From positions 225,441-289,440 of the forward strand of contig CAZWNW010000003.1 of NCBI GenBank assembly GCA_964636255.1: a DNA stretch of 64,000 nucleotides, given 5' to 3'. A program made the position numbers and the translations under genes. The notes beneath the pieces are model-generated. The model searched no databases, was not told the origin of the DNA, and worked only from the letters and a program-made list of their open reading frames with translations. Position 1 is the first letter of the stretch; every line of letters starts with the position of its first letter. The stretch is from an uncultured Bacteriovoracaceae bacterium (GTDB lineage: Bacteria; Bdellovibrionota; UBA2428). This document shows positions 57,786 to 64,000 of this stretch, piece by piece.

Positions 57786-58533
57786 TTGATGATCCCTTCA
57801 GTTCAGTCATTTTCTCGGGTAGATCGGTGACAATTCCGTCTGCTCCCAAACGCAACAGTTCCTGGGCAACATCAGGATCGTTCACCGTCCAATAATGGAC
57901 CTCGATGCCCAGGCTATGAGCGGCCGTGATCAATTGTTGCGAAGCAAGCGAGATCTTTTCATATTGAATTGGAATCTGAAAGGCTTGAGCATCCATGGAC
58001 AGTGGCTGCAATCTTCCTTGCTGAAGAGCCTGTAAGAATACAGCCATTTCCCCAAACGAGGCACTGGTCGGAATTCCACTTTTCAAGGCGCGAAATCGTC
58101 GCATGATTTCGTCCTTTTCAGCCGCAATCAGTGTGCGCTCGGCAGCGCCTGTCTTTTGGAGAACTCGGAGAACTTCGATTTCTGTTCCTATTTGATCGTC
58201 TTTGATTTCAATATTCCAAAAGGCTTCTGGAAGGGATTCGATAGCTTCTTCCAGGCTCGGAATCGAGAGGGGACTTGAAAAAACGCGATAATCTTTCAAC
58301 TCCTGAAAGTTGAGTTCCGCAATCCTTTGCTTCACTCCGCAGCTACGCATGAGGTCGGCATCGTGGTGAAGGACCGGAACCCGATCGCGTGTCATCCACA
58401 AGTCCGTTTCTAAATATGGACTGAACTTGAGTGCGGCCTCGAAAGCCGAGAGGGTGTTTTCAGGGAATCGAGAGGAAGATCCACGGTGCGCTAAAATGCG
58501 CGGCTTTGGCAGTGCAAAGTATTGGGATTTCAT
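57778..58533 (-). CDS. glycerophosphodiester phosphodiesterase
   Basis: The GDPD active site region is ILAHRGSSSRFPENTLSAFEAA ... ETDLWMTRDRVPVLHHD. ATG at 58533. The ORF track starts at TTG 58614. Confidence 0.8.
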   Translation of the reverse strand: MKSQYFALPKPRILAHRGSSSRFPENTLSAFEAALKFSPYLETDLWMTRDRVPVLHHDADLMRSCGVKQRIAELNFQELKDYRVFSSPLSIPSLEEAIESLPEAFWNIEIKDDQIGTEIEVLRVLQKTGAAERTLIAAEKDEIMRRFRALKSGIPTSASFGEMAVFLQALQQGRLQPLSMDAQAFQIPIQYEKISLASQQLITAAHSLGIEVHYWTVNDPDVAQELLRLGADGIVTDLPEKMTELKGSSND

Positions 58534-58599
58534 AGAGGGAATTCTGCCACGAAAGGGCTTTCGTGGACAGCGACTTCCACGGCATGATATTAGGACGCT

Positions 58600-59433
58600 G
58601 TGACAGAGAGTCAAAAGGCCTATTTAAACATCTCCGCTTATCGATTTTTGCCCATCGAATCGCCGGAGCTTCTGAAATCAAATCTAGAAGATTTGTGTGT
58701 CCGTCATGGTGTGCGCGGCACTATTTTGGTGGCGCCGGAAGGTTTGAATCTGGCGTTGTCGGCATTGGAAGCTACAATGCGAGCTTGGATAAAAGACTTC
58801 GAAGCCATGGGCTACGGAGGTTTTTGGTATAAAGAATCTTACTCCGATCATCTGCCCTTCGATCGACTTCAGGTTAAACATAAACGGGAAATCATCAGTG
58901 TTCGTAACGAAAAATTGGATCCCCTGAGCCGCAGAGCTAAAAAAATTAGCCCGGATGAGTTGAAGGCCTGGCTTGATGAGGGACGTGATTTCACGCTGCT
59001 CGATACGCGTAATATTTATGAAGTCCGGATGGGAACTTTCGAAAAGGCGCGTGATCTGGGGATCGAAGAATTTCAGGATTTTGAAAAACGTCTGCATGAT
59101 AATCGTGAAGCCCTCGGGCCGAAGAAACCTATGGTGATGTTTTGTACGGGTGGAATTCGTTGTGAAAAGGCAGCCTTCGCCGCCAGCGATGCGGGTTTTG
59201 AAGAAGTTTATCAACTCGAGGGTGGAGTCCTCAACTATTTCGAAAAGTGTGGTGGTGATCATTGGAAAGGCGAATGCTTTGTTTTTGACAAACGGGTTGG
59301 AGTTTTGCCTAATCTAGAGGAATCGAAAAGTATTTTGTGTTGGGCTTGCGGCGAACCGTTGGGAGTCGAAGATCAAAAGTCTGAGGCCTATGTTTACAAG
59401 GAGTCCTGTCCTTATTGCGTAAAAAAGGACTAG
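58600..59433 (+). CDS. trhO: rhodanese-domain tRNA uridine(34) hydroxylase (TrhO/YceA family)
   Basis: The N-terminus is LNISAYRFL. The rhodanese active-site Cys is in MFCTGGIRCEKA. The C-terminal Cys pairs are CWACGE and CPYC. The start is GTG. Confidence 0.75.
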   Translation: MTESQKAYLNISAYRFLPIESPELLKSNLEDLCVRHGVRGTILVAPEGLNLALSALEATMRAWIKDFEAMGYGGFWYKESYSDHLPFDRLQVKHKREIISVRNEKLDPLSRRAKKISPDELKAWLDEGRDFTLLDTRNIYEVRMGTFEKARDLGIEEFQDFEKRLHDNREALGPKKPMVMFCTGGIRCEKAAFAASDAGFEEVYQLEGGVLNYFEKCGGDHWKGECFVFDKRVGVLPNLEESKSILCWACGEPLGVEDQKSEAYVYKESCPYCVKKD

Positions 59434-59436
59434 CCA

Positions 59437-61623
59437 TCAAGCTAGGAAGTTGAGTAGCTTTTCGATCAACGCATCTCTTGAAAACGGCTTCGACAAGTAA
59501 TCGCTAAATCCGAAAGAGAGACAGCGTTCCTCTTCATCTTTCATTGCAAAGGCTGTCACGGCTAATATGGGTTTTGTGTATCCTTGAGACCTTAAGCGTT
59601 CTGTAACCTCGTAACCACTCATGCCTTCAAGTTGTATGTCGAGCAGAAGCAAGTCGAAATTTTCATTTAAAGCCTTTTGGACTGCTAGATCTCCACTTTC
59701 GGTAAAAATTAACTCTACTCCAGTAGTGCTAAGAAATTCCTTTAAGAGATGCTGATTGTCAGCCATATCTTCTGCGGCAAGAATACGTTTTCCTTGTAGG
59801 CTAGAAAGCTTACTGGGCGTCGTAGATTTTGGGACGACTTTGGAATCATCATGTGCACTGAGCGTCGTTGCTGGAAGACTTAGTAAAAACTCACTACCTT
59901 CGCCGGGGCAACTGAAGGCTAGCACCAGGTCTCCTCCCATTCGGTGCGCCAATTGTCTTGAAATATAGAGACCTAGGCCCGTTCCAGGATTTGGGAATCC
60001 TTTCGTCTTCAACTTGGAAAAGGGTTGAAACAATTCCTGCTGCTTTTCCTTTGGGATACCCAGCCCAAAGTCCTTTACTGAAATTTGAATTCGAGGTGTG
60101 GCCTGGTCGTAACTGGAGCAATTCGCCTGGATTTCCACGGTTTTTCCAACTGAAAACTTAGCAGCGTTGTTCAATTAATTGATTAGAATCTGCCGCAGTC
60201 TCAATGGATCAAGACAGACTTCGGCTCTATCTTTACTCACTGGCTTGTAGACAATTTTAACCGACTGAACAGAGGATTTGTCTCGAGTGAGGTTCACAAT
60301 CTCTTCGATTTCATCGTTCAAATTGACATTTCTGTTTTGAATTTGAATCTTATCTAAATTCATAGCAGATAAATCGAGTAGATCATTGATCAACGAATGC
60401 AAGTGTTGCCCGTTTCGTTCAATGGCTTCGAGCCATCGCTTAGCATTGTCTGACAGAGGTTCATTGCTTTTTCTAAGCAGTTCAGAAAAACCCAGAATAC
60501 TTCCTAGAGGTGTTCTCAGTTCATGGCTAATATTCGCAAGAAATGCGTCTTTAGTTCGGTTCGCAAATTCTGCTTTCTCTTTGGCTTCTTTGAGTTCACT
60601 TTCAATTCTCTTTTGTTCAGATATATCGCGAGAGACGCCGACTAGATAGTCTACCTGACCCGAGTTGCCGTTTCGGAAGACGGGACTCAGCGTGGTGCTA
60701 AAGTAATGAGTCTCACCTGTGGGCATCTTGTCCTTACTTTCAATGGCTTCAGAAGAACCGCTTTGAATAACTCTGCGGTAGATTTCGGCATAATGATCCC
60801 CGGCCTCTTGCCCCAATAAATCCCAAACAGTGCGACCTAGAATGACATCATAGCCCCCAACGTTTTGGGAAGACTTTTTGTTGACGTGGCGAAAAGTCAT
60901 ATCTCTATCGACGACCCAAATGGCTTCAGTTGCTGAATCAAAAACAGCTTTTAATTTGGCGCTTGCCTGACGGGCCATCTCTTCGGCGTTTTTTCTGGTG
61001 AGAATCTCTTTCTCAAGTTTTTGAATGATCGTCTCGTTTTTTTCGATGACGCGTCTTTCTGCCAGAATCAGATACAAAACTGCGGCTGCGATTGTGAGTC
61101 CCGTGGAATAAAATATGGATGATGCGATCAACTTTGAAGCAGGTTTTGAAATTTCGACCCAAGGACCTAATTGAAATCCAGAAAGAAATAAAAACAAGTA
61201 AAGTAACAGCGGCAGCAATAGCCCAAGAAAAATCGAAACTCTTTCTCGCCAAGTAAAAAGCACAAAAGGGAAGACGATGACAGCTAAATAATAATAGTAG
61301 ATTCCTGAATCAGGCCCAGTTGCCACTGAAAAGAACGTGACAGCCAAGCTTCCTGTTAGAACAGGCAAAAGACGCGCAAAGTGAATCCAGCCTACAGACG
61401 ATGAAAGTGGGACAAACAAATATCCAGCGACGACAAAAAGTACCATGCCTGCCAATTCGATTGAGCCAAGAAGCCAAAAAATAGCTGTGTAAGGTAGCGT
61501 GATGAAGACAATGGAAATCGAAAGCTGATTGGCAAGTCGTAAACGCCTAGAAAGCAGGGGATCGGAAACATGTTGGGATCCCATGGATGAAATCTTTTCC
61601 CAGATGCTCCTGACGTTGGTCAT
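59437..61623 (-). pseudogene. hybrid sensor histidine kinase (TM sensor - PAS - HisKA - HATPase - REC) interrupted by an in-frame TAA at 60175-60177 inside the ATP-binding N-box
   Basis: The upstream part ends ...LRLRQILIN, then TAA. The same frame continues LNNAAKFSVGK..., rebuilding the N-box QILIN[L]LNNAAKFS. The H-box is ISHELRTPLGSILGFSELL. G-boxes and the REC domain (ILAAEDMADN...LLLDIQLEGMSG) are downstream. TAA is one substitution from TTA (Leu). Confidence 0.7.
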
Positions 61624-61715
61624 GCAGTAAACTTATCATCGAAATTGGAGGCCTGAAAGGCGCAGGAGAATGCTGTCTTATAAATAAACAAATTGTCTAT
61701 GGAGATCGATTTAGT

Positions 61716-62411
61716 TTAGCGATTAAAGCGATAGCCTACTCCGCGAATTGTGTGAAAGTGCTGAGGATTTTCAGGATCAATCTCCAGATGCTTTCTGAGC
61801 CGGCTCATGAATAGGTCGGCAGTTCGGGTTTTTGGCAAAAGCTGAAAGCCCCAGACATTTTTCAATAGTTCTTCGCGAGAGATTACGGTCTTTTCACGTT
61901 TGATCAGATAGGTCGCTAGCCGGTATTCAAGCTTCGTAAGCTGCACCCAGCCCTTGGGGGCCAGGATGCGAAAATCCCCGTCTTTCATCGTCCAATGCAC
62001 ATCGGGATCGTCTTCCTTCGTTGCGGGTAGCCGTCGAGAGTAGGCGTGCAATTTGGCTGTAAGCTCCTCAAGCGAAAACGGTTTCGGCAAATAGTCATCT
62101 GCGCCCGCCTTGAGTCCGTCGACGCGTTCGTCGACACTGCCGCGCGCGCTGAGAATGATAATCACGGCGCTCGAACCATGTTGCCGAAAGGCGCGGCATA
62201 GATCCAAGCCTTCGCCATCGGGCAGCATGCGGTCCAAAAAAATTAGGTCATAGGCTTGGGGGTCATCAAAGAATAACTCACGAGCTTTGGTTGCAGTCTC
62301 TGCGACTTCTACAGGCACTTTTAGGCGATCTAAGGCCGCTGTAAGCGTGGCCCGAAGATGGTCTTCGTCCTCGACCAAGAGCGCCCGTAGAAAGTTGAGG
62401 GGGTTTTTCAT
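61716..62411 (-). CDS. OmpR/PhoB-family response regulator
   Basis: REC has LLVEDEDH, the acceptor Asp in LIFLDRMLPDGEG, and KPF. The winged-helix C-terminus is LTKLEYRLATYL...HTIRGVGYRF. Its ATG overlaps the kinase stop. Confidence 0.85.
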   Translation of the reverse strand: MKNPLNFLRALLVEDEDHLRATLTAALDRLKVPVEVAETATKARELFFDDPQAYDLIFLDRMLPDGEGLDLCRAFRQHGSSAVIIILSARGSVDERVDGLKAGADDYLPKPFSLEELTAKLHAYSRRLPATKEDDPDVHWTMKDGDFRILAPKGWVQLTKLEYRLATYLIKREKTVISREELLKNVWGFQLLPKTRTADLFMSRLRKHLEIDPENPQHFHTIRGVGYRFNR

Positions 62412-63376
62412 TGCTGTAGAGGTCCTTCTAATTGAAAGGTCGCGCCGTGACCGTTGCCGTTGCTGAAGGCACGAATTTTAAGTTTGAGTGTGCGCGCGGC
62501 ACTTCGCACTAAATAAAGTCCCAATCCGCTGCCGGCCGATCTGTGAGAATAATTTGGAGCACGATAAAAACGGCGAAAAATCTTTTTTGCCTGTTTAGGA
62601 TCAAAGCCCAGCCCGCCATCAATAAATTTCAACTTCCATCGAGGTCGATTTTTTGAATCCGTGTCGACTGAAAGTACGACTTCCAGTTTCGCTTGGCGAT
62701 TGCCAGAAAACTTGCGTGCATTGTCCACAAGATTATTGGCTATTAAGTCCAGGTAATTGAAACTTCCTAGAATCCAAATTTCTTCTTCGGGCACTTGAAC
62801 CTTCAATTCACCATTGCCGCCCAAAATTGCCCGCCACTGTTCCGATCGTTGTAGGACCCAGCTGCGAAGGTCTACGGGTTCGACTACGGGTCGGTCCTGC
62901 ACATTCTCCCATCGAGAAGCCGTTAAGAGTCGCTCGATCTCCACTTTGAGTCGCTGCAACTCACTTCGATGAGAGAGCCAAAGTTGGTCGGTCTTGGATG
63001 ATTTCGGATACTCTGCTTCCAAGAGGTTGGAGCTGAGTTCCAGTGTGGCCAGCGGAGATTTCAATTCATGGCTGATGTGGGCAAGAAATTCGGATTGAGC
63101 TTGGTTAGCGCGCATTTCGCGAAAAAGTTTGAGGGTGACAAACACGATCAGCACCAAGAGCGAGAGAAAGCCTAATGTTCCGAGGCCCAAGGTCCACCAG
63201 GGATAACTTCCCCACTCATCTTGGGGCACCTGCCCAAGCTGATTGCGTGCGATCTGAATCATTCTTTCGTAGTAGCGAACCACTACAAGGTTCCAGGTCG
63301 TGCCAAGCGTGCCGACCAAGAGCAACAGCGCAATGCTCATCAGGAGCCAAAGCCATTTTTGATTGCGCCATTTCAT
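62408..63376 (-). CDS. sensor histidine kinase cognate to the OmpR-type regulator
   Basis: It has two N-terminal TM segments. The H-box is FLAHISHELKSPLATL, the N-box is NLVDNARKFS and the G-boxes are FIDGGLGF / GSGLGLYLV. Confidence 0.85.
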   Translation of the reverse strand: MKWRNQKWLWLLMSIALLLLVGTLGTTWNLVVVRYYERMIQIARNQLGQVPQDEWGSYPWWTLGLGTLGFLSLLVLIVFVTLKLFREMRANQAQSEFLAHISHELKSPLATLELSSNLLEAEYPKSSKTDQLWLSHRSELQRLKVEIERLLTASRWENVQDRPVVEPVDLRSWVLQRSEQWRAILGGNGELKVQVPEEEIWILGSFNYLDLIANNLVDNARKFSGNRQAKLEVVLSVDTDSKNRPRWKLKFIDGGLGFDPKQAKKIFRRFYRAPNYSHRSAGSGLGLYLVRSAARTLKLKIRAFSNGNGHGATFQLEGPLQQ

Positions 63377-63438
63377 AGAGCTTTAAAATAGTTCTCTTCG
63401 CCTCGGCACTCAAGGGAAGGGATCGGTCAGAGTGATCT

Positions 63439-64000
63439 TTATTTGCTGATGGCGTAGTGATCTTTGTCGCGGGAATCTTTGAAAATTTCTTCCAAAAGCG
63501 AACGCGCCAAATAGGAAGATTTTACTGTCCAATATTTTTCATGGACCGTTAGAATGGAGATGGCAATTTTTCGGTCTTGGTCATAGCCATAGCCTACAAA
63601 CCAATCGCATTTACCGTTCGGATTTTTTCCAGTCAGCGACCCCGTCTTTCCGCCGAGTGAAGCGGAAAAATCATCATTCTGCACCAGTGATTTAAAAAAG
63701 CGACGTGAAGTCCCGCGCGTAACAGTTTCACGCATCAAGAGTTTCATTTGTTCCGCTGAATAAGGGGAGATGACTTGTCCAAGAATTTTAGTTTTGCCTT
63801 CGTACTGCGGGCGATTGAAGGCGTCTGATATGCGCTTGACCACATAGGGAGCAACAAGACTGCCCTCGTTGACAATCGCGGCCGCGATCATGGCGCCGTG
63901 AACCGGGCTGAGTGTATTTAACTGCGTAAAGCCGCTGGCCGTCTCAGCGAGTTCGTAATCGGCGTTTTCGCTGATTTCACTACCGGAAATTTCCAAGGCT
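63439..64000 (-). CDS. penicillin-binding protein / transpeptidase-domain protein, 3' portion. The gene continues beyond the window edge.
   Basis: The KTG motif is in GGKTGSLTG. Upstream of it is GFTQLNTLSPVHGAMIAAAIVNEG, typical of PBP transpeptidase domains. The reading frame is open to position 64000. Confidence 0.6.
   Translation of the reverse strand, partial: ALEISGSEISENADYELAETASGFTQLNTLSPVHGAMIAAAIVNEGSLVAPYVVKRISDAFNRPQYEGKTKILGQVISPYSAEQMKLLMRETVTRGTSRRFFKSLVQNDDFSASLGGKTGSLTGKNPNGKCDWFVGYGYDQDRKIAISILTVHEKYWTVKSSYLARSLLEEIFKDSRDKDHYAISK

Noticed and set aside
60175-60177. The TAA between the two halves of the hybrid kinase as a genuine gene boundary, giving two genes
   Set aside because: The break falls in the middle of the conserved N-box helix, and the downstream ORF needs a TTG start with no RBS. 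A natural split at this position is implausible.
1-64000. CRISPR arrays, rRNA genes, transposases and integrases
   Set aside because: No regularly spaced direct repeats are visible. No ORF shows DDE, tyrosine or serine recombinase motifs. The tRNA-adjacent region lacks any recombinase.

Overview
This 64 kb window looks like a densely coding bacterial chromosomal segment, about 90% coding at roughly 50% GC. I resolve about 58 protein genes, one tRNA, no rRNA and no CRISPR array; the sequence itself was not checked for rRNA genes. I found no transposase or integrase. The many hybrid sensor kinases, secreted S8 proteases, lipoproteins and a compact secretin module fit a Gram-negative organism, possibly a Bdellovibrio-like predator. 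That taxon call is an inference, not something I can demonstrate. Some gene starts differ from the ORF track because the track uses TTG/GTG starts.

Recognisable housekeeping genes:
- cstA (carbon starvation transporter)
- ald (alanine dehydrogenase)
- a NuoB-NuoD fusion next to a short nuoG
- pdxS and pdxT
- pyrD
- rpmE2 (L31 type B)
- an addB-addA style helicase-nuclease pair with an upstream ferredoxin
- trhO
- a glycerophosphodiesterase
- DedA
- TonB
- an OmpR-type two-component system

Accessory-looking content:
- a minimal secretin / CpaF-like ATPase / TadB-like platform operon with an adjacent lipoprotein
- a polyprenol-phosphate-sugar glycosylation set (Dpm1-like GT2, a GT-C-like polytopic protein, a GT9)
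- a CPBP intramembrane protease fused to an S8 subtilase domain
- two tandem hybrid histidine kinases, one with MASE1-CHASE input
- a hybrid kinase split by an in-frame TAA inside its N-box
- a tRNA-Leu(CAA) followed by a non-coding scar and an N-terminally truncated GT2 fragment
- a GH14 beta-amylase
- several clusters of secreted hypothetical proteins

All functional calls rest on motif recognition by eye. No database search was possible.
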